Assembly: GCA_029781975.1 (NCBI GenBank)
Contig: JAKOVQ010000010.1
Coordinates: 234,375-298,374 of the forward strand
DNA from: Acidobacteriota bacterium
GTDB lineage: Bacteria > Acidobacteriota > Thermoanaerobaculia > UBA5066
Reading direction: 5' to 3'
Length of the DNA stretch: 64,000 nucleotides
Below the pieces are notes generated by a model. It saw only the letters and a list, made by a program, of their open reading frames with translations. It did no database searches and was not told the origin of the DNA. Each line of letters opens with the position of its first letter. The first letter of the stretch is position 1. The position numbers and the translations under genes were made by a program. Shown piece by piece: positions 1 through 7,995 of the stretch.

Positions 1-3000
1 CGAGGTAGGAGTAGGTGTAGGTCTCGCCCGACTCGGTGTAGGTCGAGGTCCGGTCCTCGGTGTCCCAGGTGGTGGCCGAGAGGGTCCGGCCCCAGCCGTC
101 GGTCACCCTCGCGAGGAGCGAGCGGTTGTACCTCCCGGGGACGTACTCGTACTGGCGGACCCGGCCGGCGGGGTCGGTGACACGGAAGAGCCGGTCCTGA
201 CCATCGTACTCGTAGAGCACTGTCCTCCCGCTCGAGTCGGAGAGCGAGGTCAGCTTGCCGTTCGTCCAGGTGAGGTCGACGGACTTCCCGGTGTCGTCCG
301 AAAGGCGGGTGAGGTGACCGGAGGTGTCGTGCCGGTGCGTCTGGACGTTGCCGTTCTCGTCGCAGACGGAGGCGAGGAGGCCATCGATTCCGAAGTGGAG
401 GAAGGCGCCTGCGCCGCGCTCGAGGTAGAGGTCGAAGGTCCCGTCGGCGTTTCGGACGAGGGTGTCGCTCCGGCCGGCTGGCGGGGCCCAGGTCCGCGTG
501 ACGGAATCGTAGGTGTAGGTTGCCGTCTCCCCGTCCGGCATCAGGACGTTTGCGTGGAGGGGCGAGGAGTCGCCGGAGTAGGTGAGCCGCGCCTCCGAGC
601 TGCTCGTCCACCCGCCGCCGAGAGCACCGTCGGGCGCTGGGGAGGAGAGATACGTCCGTCCCACCGAGAGAGGGAGGCCGGAGGTCGGGACGGTCAGGTC
701 GGTCTCGGCCCCCGTGTAGACGCCGGTCCGGACGAAGCAGGGGGAGCCGGTGCAGTTGGAGCACTCCCGGGGCCCGCAGCGGTTGTCGGCGTTGGCGGGG
801 GCCTCGACGTTCACGATGGAGAACGCTCCCTCGAATTCCCCGCCGGCCGGGTCGACGTCGGTGACGTAGTCGGACTCACGACGGACCCGGTAGGCGGAGC
901 CGACAGACTCCACACGGATGTAGTAGGAGCCACGGGCCTGAGGTGCCGCGGTGAGCGAGATGCCGAGATAGCCGCGGCCGGCACCGGCGTTGACGGTCGC
1001 CTCGGCCACGCCGCCGCTGCTCGCGACGGGAGCGGTGGCACAAGGTTCCCCCGACTCCCAGTGGTCGAACCGCGGACAGGTCTGGACGAGGAACGCCCCG
1101 TCGGTCACCGGCTGGAGCGACCCGTCCCTGATGAGTGACAGCCGGAAGGTCGCCGGCCCCGTCGTCTCGAGCGCCTGCTCGGTGATCTCCCGGTCGACCA
1201 CCCAGTGATCGCCGACCTTCCTCCAGAACCGCGACTTCAGGGGGATTGGCTCGGGACCGGGAGCGACGCCGGAGAGCAGGGTCCCGACCTCGGTAAGGAG
1301 GACGAGCCGAGCGGGGTCCCCCGCCGTCGACTTCTGAAGCCACTCGCCCGAGGCCCCCGGCCAGGTCCGGATCGGGAACCGTCCGTCCGTCACCCCAGCG
1401 GTCCCGTCGGGTCGGATCTGGTCGTAGTCCGAATACCTGGCCAGAACGTGGGTCGAGCTCCCCTGCATGTCGAGGGTGATCGTCTTCGTCACCGTGCCGG
1501 AGGACCACTCGGGGTCCGTCGGGTAGGCGACCGAGAGGGTCGAGGGGATCTGGCCCTGCGGGAAGGCCGGGTCGTTGTTCCACGACACCGAGAGGGTGTA
1601 CTGCTCGTAGTCCGGAGGCTGGTGGGTCTGGTCGGAGAAGCCGACGGAGAGGTTCGGGCCGGGTGAGGTGGCGGACGTCGCGGTATAGCCGTACGTCTCG
1701 TTCCCGAACTTGTCGGCCAGGTGGTAGGCGTTGCTGATCCGGTACGGGTTGGTGACCAGGCGGGCAGACCCGTCGCCGAGCGTCCCCGACGGAAAGGCGA
1801 GATACCCGGTCCAGAAGGGGAAGGCGTCGGGGCAGGCGGCGCCGGTCTGGTCGAAGCAGGCGAAGTGGTCGGGCTTGCCGGGTTCGGGGCGGACGGGGTA
1901 CGTGACGTCGAGGATCCGGTCCCAGGTCTCCGCTCCCGAGGCATCGGGCGCGGAGAGGACGATATCGAGCACTTCTGCATCTCCCCAGACCGCCTTCACG
2001 GCTCCCGGAACCTGCGCATTCGCCTCGAAGCCGGCGAGCTCCGCGTACTCCCCCAGGTGGTACTCGAACTCCTCGTTCGGGTCGGTCACGTGTCCCTGGG
2101 CGTCCTGGTCGTGCCAGAGGAAGCTGACGCTGGAGCATTCGATCCGTGAGCCGTCCGGGTCGAGGATGATCTTGCCGGCCTTGGGACCCCCGACGGCCAT
2201 CTGGACGAGGACGGGGTGGCTCGGAACGTTGCCCGTCGCGTCCTTGACCGTGAGCCGCATCCGGATCGTCTTGTCGACCCGGTGACCCTCGATCCCCTTC
2301 TCGGTATCGCGGACGCCAGGAGGAGTCGATTCGCCCGGCTTTGAAGTAAGGTCCTCGAGGGTCAGAGCGAACGGCGCGTGGACCTCGGCCTGCGCGACCC
2401 CTGCGTTGCTGAACGTCCCGCTCTGGCAGCCCGAGATCCTCCCGAGGGCCCCGACCCTGAGGCTTTGCGAGGTCGGCTCCTGGAGCGGGACGGCGGTTCG
2501 GGCGTCGAGCCTTCGCGTTCTGGATCCTGCCGGCTCGCCACCGCGGAGGTTGGGGGTTCGGGTCGGCCGGGTCACCCGGCGCGACGACTGGAGCCCGACG
2601 AGGTCGCCGAAGAAGGTGCGGACGGACAGCGGCCAGCGGCCGGCAGGGGCAAACGCCGGGATCGCTGCCGCTGCCCTCATCGCGGGGGCGGTGGCCGTGA
2701 AGCTGGAAAGGAGGGAGTCCGAGTAGTCCGGCGTCAGGCTCGCCTTGCCTGCCGTCGTGAAGCTCGCTGTCACGGACGCGCTCCCGTCGGGGCCGCTGGT
2801 GACCGTGCTGCCGGAGGGGAAGCTGAGGAGTCCCGCGTCCTCCGGTGCCGTCGAACCGTGGAAGGTGACTGCGGCCCCGGAGAGGGGGTAGCCGCGTGGG
2901 TCGAGCATGATCGCCGTGGACGTCAGCGGAACGCCGAGCGGCAGGGTGTTGCCGTTACCCGCAAGCGGCACGGCCCGGGCGTCGGGATCAGCCGCCGCTG

Positions 3001-6000
3001 GCGCCAGGTCGAACGTCAGCCGGTAGTCGCCCTGCCCTCGGGTGGTCTCGGCCGCGAGGATCCAGAGCCCGCCCTCGGGAAGGACCGCAGCTTCCAGGCC
3101 CGCGTTCTTGTCGGTCCCCGAGTCGTCCTCCTTCCGCAGGTTCGCGTAGATGAAGCCGTCGGGCGCGATCAGCTCGATCTGCGGATCGAGGCTGGACGGG
3201 TCTTCCCACGGTCGGGACTCGTCGATTCGCTCGAGCCTGGCGGTGACTGCGCTGCCGGCCGGGGCGACGAAGAAGAAGAGGTTGTAGTCGCCGAGGGTGC
3301 CATCGGGGTCACCGTTCGGGAGGAATGACCCCGTGATGGTCTGTCCGGGAAGGATTCGAAGGGCCGCGTGGTGCTCCTCCGGGGTCAGCGGCGTCAGGCT
3401 CCGCTGCCGTCCCTCGATCCCGAGCCAGGTCCAGGACGTCTGCCGCCCCGCCTGGTCCACCACCCTGGCAGCGTAGTAGCCGCCGCCGAGTCCTGCGTCG
3501 AGGGCGAATCGGACTGCGCTCCCGCTCGGCTCGAGCGTCGCTGTCGCGCTCCGGGTGGGGCACTGGCCCAAACCGAGGTCGCAGAGCGGGGTGGAGACGT
3601 CGTCGAGCCGGTATACGGGACCCGCCAGGGTCACCGAGAAGCTGGTCCCGGCGGGATTCTCGAGATACGCGAAGACGTTCGCGTCCCCGGGGAGCGCCGT
3701 GGCTGGCGAGATTCCCAGAAGGGCCATCGGCGGCGGGGCCTGGATGTAGACGAGGTCCCACGCCTCGGTCCAGCTGGACCCCTTGAGATACCTAGCGGTG
3801 ATCTTCACCTCGGTCGAGGGAGCCGGGTACCCGCCCGTGATGGGGAACGACGCGCTCGTGGCCCCTGGCGCGAAGGCGACAGACGGGGGGACGATCGCGG
3901 CGACGGGGTCGGCGCTCACCAGGAGGATGGTCGCTCCGCCGGGCGGGGCCGGTCCGGTCGCGGTGATCGTCCCCGTGGTCGTCGCGAACGACGTCACGAC
4001 CTTGGGCGAGATGGCGAGCTGGGCGAGGTCGAACGCCCCTTCCGGAGCGAGGTTGACGCCGAAGAGGAAGGGGGAGTCGACGCCGATGCTGATGAGAACG
4101 TTCGAGGCCGTCTGGGAGACGTAACCGGCCTTCACGAAGGTGATCGTGTAGCGTCCCTCCGTCAGTCTCAGCGAGAAGCCGCCGCCGGATCCGGTCACCA
4201 CGCTCGTGCCGGATTCGACCGCCGTCACGGTGACCCCCTGGAGACCGAGACCGGTCGAGGCGTCCCCCACCGTGCCGTAGACGCTGCCGTAGCCGAAGAG
4301 GGCCATCCGGCCCGCGTCCGCCGTCTCGCCCCCGAACACCGAGACGGGGGACGATGTCAGGGTGTCGTAGTAGGGGGACTTGGACGCGGTGACCGTGTAA
4401 GTCCCTTGGGGAACCGTCACCCGAAAGAACCCCGAGGAGTCGGTTGTGAGGCGCTCACCGGACTGGTCGACGACGACAGTAGCCGACGCGAGACCGGTCG
4501 TCGGCTGCCTCCCGGCTATCACGACCCGCCCGATGAGGGAGCCGGTGGCGGCCAGTTCGATGTTCCCGAGGTCGAGATCCTGGCCGACTTGAGCAGCGGT
4601 GTCGAGAGAAATGTAGGGCCAGCCGTTCTTCGTAGCCGTGCAGGATCTGTACGGGCCGGGCAGGTCCCGGACGGCGAATCGGCCGTCGGCGTCCGTGACC
4701 GTCGAAGAGCTCATCGTGTAAACGGTGACACCAGGGATCGGGGTCGCGCCGACGGAACTGGTGACTCTCCCGGTCAGGGTCGAGAGCGGCTCGAGAGTTA
4801 GAACCACTCCTGAGGCGGCTTCGCCAGGCGCCAGGAGCACCCGGTTGGAGGAATCCGCTCCGAGAGCTCTCGGCTGCCAACCGTCGAGGGAGACGGTGAC
4901 GGAGACGATGCCTGGCGGCACGGCAAGGTTGAAGGCGCCGGCTGAGTCGGTCAATGCGGTCCCCCCCGTCCCGTCAGCCACGACGCTCGCCCCGACAATC
5001 GGGGCGTCCCCGTACTCGTTGAGGACCCTTCCGGATATCGTCGCGATCGGCTGGGTGAGGGTGAGCGCGGGGGCGGAGACCGCCCCGCCGGCCGTCACGA
5101 CGAGCCGATCGACACCCGCACTCGCCCAGCCGCCCATTTCAGCTGCGACCGAGTACGTCCCCGCCGGCAGGCTGAGGGTGTACTGGCCCTGTCCGTTCGT
5201 CAGTGTCGAAGTGCCGCCAGGGACCGCCAGGACCCGAGCGCCCGACGCGGGAGTGGCGCCGCCGTAGACGACCCCGGAGACCGATCCCGGCGCGGTGGAC
5301 AGCGCGGTCAACGGGACGAAGCCAGCGTTCGAGACTCCGCCGACGACGACCGGGATGGGCGACGTCTCGGCCGTCTGCCAGTTCTCCTTCAGGACCCTGA
5401 CGGCGTGGCTTCCGGCCGGCACCGAGAGGAGGAACTCACCGTATCGATCCGTCCGGGTGGAGAGGCCGGAGCCCGGGACGAGGACCTCGGCATCTTCTAC
5501 GGGCGAGCCCGTCGCCGCGTCCCTCACCAGGCCGACGACCTTCCCGCCCTGCGTGAGGGCGATCGCCCCCGTGCTCACGGTGCCCGTCTCGAGCACCGTG
5601 AACGGTGCGCTGCTCGCCGAAACCCAGCCCGGACTTGTAACCGAGACGGCGTAAGTCCCAGGGGGAACTCCCACGAACCCGAATCCGCCGCTGGAGATGC
5701 TCGTGGGCGGAACGGCGGAACTGGAGAGTGTCGCCGTGCCCGAGCCCAGACGCGTGTCGCTGGCGGCGCTCACGATGCTGCCGACGACGTCGTAGTCGGG
5801 GTTGGGTGGATCGAGATAGACGAGAATCGTACCGATCGAGACCGACTCGCCAGCCGTTACGGTCACGGGTCCTTGTGAGGTGGGTCTCTCGGGATAGCGC
5901 CACGCCTTGAGGGTCCAGGCCCCGACAGGCGCAGTGAGGGTGAAGTTGCCGCTGCCCCCTGTCAGCGTGCACCAGCCTGTTTCGTTTATACAGACCGAGC

Positions 6001-7684
6001 AACCGCTGGCGTAGCGAGTCACGGTCCCCGTCACCGTTCCCGTGGGAACGAGCCGGAGGGTACCGACGTCCGTCGTTCCCAACGCCGAGACGGTCACCGG
6101 GTACGCCGGCTGGCTCGCCAGGAAACCAGTCCCGACCGCTCGGACCGTGAGCCATGACGCCGGGTCGACGGAAAGGGAGAAGGCGCCGTTGGAATCGGTG
6201 GCCGCCGACATCCGGACGACGAGAGCCTGGTCGAGGAGCTGCACCGTCGCGCCCGGGGCCGGCAGCCCCGTGGCGTCATCCACGACCGTTCCGACGATCG
6301 TCCCTGCGAAGGCCCCACTCGGCTCGAGGAGAACCGTCCCGACGTCGGTTGCCTGTCCCTCCACGATCAGCCGGGGCCAGGCCGTCTCGGTCGAGTAGTC
6401 AGCCTGCGCGACCTCGATGACGTAGCCTAGGAATCCGGACGGGATGTTCGTCAAAGTGAAAGACCCGTCCGCACTGGACGTGGTGCTACGCGAGGGGCTG
6501 TAGAGGGTGACCGATGCGCCCGCAAGGGGGACGCCTCCCACCGAGCTGGCCACCCTCCCGGTGACCCTTCCGTACATCGGCAGGTGGAGGGGACCCGTGT
6601 CCGTCGTCTCACCGGTCGTCACAGAGTAGTTGCCCGTGGTCGTCGTGATGAAGCCGGACTTCGAGAGCGTCAGAGTCATCGTCCCGGCCGCTACCGTCAG
6701 GTTGAAAGCTCCGGCGGAGTCGGTCGTCGTGCTGTTGCTCGTTCCGGTCACCTTGACTGTTGCGCCCTGGACGGGTCCCACGGAGGCACCGCCGACGACG
6801 GTGCCGCGAATGAGGCCGGCCTGCGTCAGCGAGATCGTCCCGGCGTTCGCCGTCTGGCCGCCGGTCACCGCGATCGAGCCCGACGTCGCGGTCAGCCATC
6901 CGGGTGCGCTGACGGTCAGGGTGACCGAACCGGAGTTTGAAGCCACCGTGAACGCTCCCGAAGCATCCGTGGTCGTCTGGCTCGTGGTCCCGGTCACCTT
7001 CACCGTGGCGCCCGGAATGGGCGCGCCTCCACCGGAGCCCGCGACCAGTCCCGTGATCGCCCCCTGGCTCGTCGCGATGTTCCCGGTAGCCGTCGACTGA
7101 CCCGCGTTGACGGCCCACGGCGCCGTGGAGGTCGTCAACCAGCCCGACTTCGTGATCGTCAGCGAGTAGCTCCCCGCCGGCAGGGAAAGGGTGAACGTCC
7201 CCGAGGAGTTCGTCGTCGCCGTCGTGGAGGTGCCGCTTGCCGCCACTGTCGCGCTCGAGACGCCAGAGCCGCCGACCGCGTTCACGACCTTCCCGGTGAG
7301 GGTCCCGTACGGGACGAGGCCGATCAGCGGGGCAGTGACAGTGCCGGACGCCGGGACCACCAGTGACGGGGTCGTCTGGGTGACGTACCCCGTCTTGCTG
7401 GCATTCAGCGTGACGGTTCCCGCGGCGACGCTCGAGATCGTGTAGACGCCGGAGGAGTTCGTCGTCGCCTGCTTCCCCGATTGCTGGTTCACCTTCACGG
7501 TGACGCCCGACACGGCCGCGCTTGTGACGGAGTTCTTGACGGTTCCAGTCACGGATCCGGCGTCGGCGTGCCAGCTCGCGGAAGCCAGGGCGAAGAGCAG
7601 CAGCAGGACTTTCGGGAAACCGGTCCAAACTCGCGCGCCGTTGGGGGATCCGTTCCGGATCAGAACCTTCTGTCTTGGCGACAC
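1..7684 (-). CDS. Giant secreted RHS/YD-repeat protein. It is partial: the start is at 7684, a GTG, and the C-terminus lies beyond the left window edge. The N-terminus has about 14 tandem carboxypeptidase-regulatory-like (CarbopepD_reg) repeats, followed by a PPC-like domain. RHS repeats begin near nt 700.
   Basis: Found by reverse-complementing and translating from GTG (7682-7684) by eye; AGGAG lies 7 nt upstream, at the complement of 7690-7694. The reading frame stays open to position 1. It is absent from the ORF track because there is no stop in the window. The N-terminal signal peptide is MSPRQKVLIRNGSPNGARVWTGFPKVLLLLFALASASWHADA. Repeats of about 85 aa carry the signature G.V.G.V…P..GA.V.V…TD..G.F.L…LPAGTYTLT.SK.GY, for example GSVTGTVKNSVTSAAVSGVTVKV…SKTGYVTQT. 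A PPC-like stretch reads GDYNLFFFVAPAGSAVTARLERI…GDYRLTFDL. YD repeats read TDLTVPTSGLPLSVGRTYLSS, LYEYDGQDRLFRVTDPAGRVRQYEYVPGRYNRSLLARVTDGWGRT and TYTESGETYTYSY. Confidence 0.7.
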   Translation of the reverse strand, partial: MSPRQKVLIRNGSPNGARVWTGFPKVLLLLFALASASWHADAGSVTGTVKNSVTSAAVSGVTVKVNQQSGKQATTNSSGVYTISSVAAGTVTLNASKTGYVTQTTPSLVVPASGTVTAPLIGLVPYGTLTGKVVNAVGGSGVSSATVAASGTSTTATTNSSGTFTLSLPAGSYSLTITKSGWLTTSTAPWAVNAGQSTATGNIATSQGAITGLVAGSGGGAPIPGATVKVTGTTSQTTTDASGAFTVASNSGSVTLTVSAPGWLTATSGSIAVTGGQTANAGTISLTQAGLIRGTVVGGASVGPVQGATVKVTGTSNSTTTDSAGAFNLTVAAGTMTLTLSKSGFITTTTGNYSVTTGETTDTGPLHLPMYGRVTGRVASSVGGVPLAGASVTLYSPSRSTTSSADGSFTLTNIPSGFLGYVIEVAQADYSTETAWPRLIVEGQATDVGTVLLEPSGAFAGTIVGTVVDDATGLPAPGATVQLLDQALVVRMSAATDSNGAFSLSVDPASWLTVRAVGTGFLASQPAYPVTVSALGTTDVGTLRLVPTGTVTGTVTRYASGCSVCINETGWCTLTGGSGNFTLTAPVGAWTLKAWRYPERPTSQGPVTVTAGESVSIGTILVYLDPPNPDYDVVGSIVSAASDTRLGSGTATLSSSAVPPTSISSGGFGFVGVPPGTYAVSVTSPGWVSASSAPFTVLETGTVSTGAIALTQGGKVVGLVRDAATGSPVEDAEVLVPGSGLSTRTDRYGEFLLSVPAGSHAVRVLKENWQTAETSPIPVVVGGVSNAGFVPLTALSTAPGSVSGVVYGGATPASGARVLAVPGGTSTLTNGQGQYTLSLPAGTYSVAAEMGGWASAGVDRLVVTAGGAVSAPALTLTQPIATISGRVLNEYGDAPIVGASVVADGTGGTALTDSAGAFNLAVPPGIVSVTVSLDGWQPRALGADSSNRVLLAPGEAASGVVLTLEPLSTLTGRVTSSVGATPIPGVTVYTMSSSTVTDADGRFAVRDLPGPYRSCTATKNGWPYISLDTAAQVGQDLDLGNIELAATGSLIGRVVIAGRQPTTGLASATVVVDQSGERLTTDSSGFFRVTVPQGTYTVTASKSPYYDTLTSSPVSVFGGETADAGRMALFGYGSVYGTVGDASTGLGLQGVTVTAVESGTSVVTGSGGGFSLRLTEGRYTITFVKAGYVSQTASNVLISIGVDSPFLFGVNLAPEGAFDLAQLAISPKVVTSFATTTGTITATGPAPPGGATILLVSADPVAAIVPPSVAFAPGATSASFPITGGYPAPSTEVKITARYLKGSSWTEAWDLVYIQAPPPMALLGISPATALPGDANVFAYLENPAGTSFSVTLAGPVYRLDDVSTPLCDLGLGQCPTRSATATLEPSGSAVRFALDAGLGGGYYAARVVDQAGRQTSWTWLGIEGRQRSLTPLTPEEHHAALRILPGQTITGSFLPNGDPDGTLGDYNLFFFVAPAGSAVTARLERIDESRPWEDPSSLDPQIELIAPDGFIYANLRKEDDSGTDKNAGLEAAVLPEGGLWILAAETTRGQGDYRLTFDLAPAAADPDARAVPLAGNGNTLPLGVPLTSTAIMLDPRGYPLSGAAVTFHGSTAPEDAGLLSFPSGSTVTSGPDGSASVTASFTTAGKASLTPDYSDSLLSSFTATAPAMRAAAAIPAFAPAGRWPLSVRTFFGDLVGLQSSRRVTRPTRTPNLRGGEPAGSRTRRLDARTAVPLQEPTSQSLRVGALGRISGCQSGTFSNAGVAQAEVHAPFALTLEDLTSKPGESTPPGVRDTEKGIEGHRVDKTIRMRLTVKDATGNVPSHPVLVQMAVGGPKAGKIILDPDGSRIECSSVSFLWHDQDAQGHVTDPNEEFEYHLGEYAELAGFEANAQVPGAVKAVWGDAEVLDIVLSAPDASGAETWDRILDVTYPVRPEPGKPDHFACFDQTGAACPDAFPFWTGYLAFPSGTLGDGSARLVTNPYRISNAYHLADKFGNETYGYTATSATSPGPNLSVGFSDQTHQPPDYEQYTLSVSWNNDPAFPQGQIPSTLSVAYPTDPEWSSGTVTKTITLDMQGSSTHVLARYSDYDQIRPDGTAGVTDGRFPIRTWPGASGEWLQKSTAGDPARLVLLTEVGTLLSGVAPGPEPIPLKSRFWRKVGDHWVVDREITEQALETTGPATFRLSLIRDGSLQPVTDGAFLVQTCPRFDHWESGEPCATAPVASSGGVAEATVNAGAGRGYLGISLTAAPQARGSYYIRVESVGSAYRVRRESDYVTDVDPAGGEFEGAFSIVNVEAPANADNRCGPRECSNCTGSPCFVRTGVYTGAETDLTVPTSGLPLSVGRTYLSSPAPDGALGGGWTSSSEARLTYSGDSSPLHANVLMPDGETATYTYDSVTRTWAPPAGRSDTLVRNADGTFDLYLERGAGAFLHFGIDGLLASVCDENGNVQTHRHDTSGHLTRLSDDTGKSVDLTWTNGKLTSLSDSSGRTVLYEYDGQDRLFRVTDPAGRVRQYEYVPGRYNRSLLARVTDGWGRTLSATTWDTEDRTSTYTESGETYTYSYL

Positions 7685-7995
7685 AATCTCACTCCTGTCG
7701 TGAACCTCGGCCTCTTCTTCATGGCCGCACCGGCGGCGCGTAGTCACGATTGGGGCGCGAGCCGAGGTCGAATCCGCTTCCTCAACCTATAAGTGGCCGG
7801 AAACCGCGAAAACTCAGACAGGCGATCGAGAGAATTCCGAAGAAAGTTGCCCGGCGGAAGGGCGACGCGGTCGCAACGTCCGGGCGAGGCCATTGGCCCG
7901 TGGGCACGCCCGGGCTCCGACGGGGGCCGGAGCGGGCAGGAATACGGCGAGCCTTCTCGCCGTTACGGAACGGGTTAGCCTTGCGCGAGGAGTCG

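Noticed and set aside
7685-7995. Mg2+/M-box riboswitch in the 310-nt leader of the P-type ATPase gene
   Set aside because: I could not recognise the conserved M-box core by eye, and the ATPase subtype (MgtA versus a Ca2+ pump) is unclear. No call is made.
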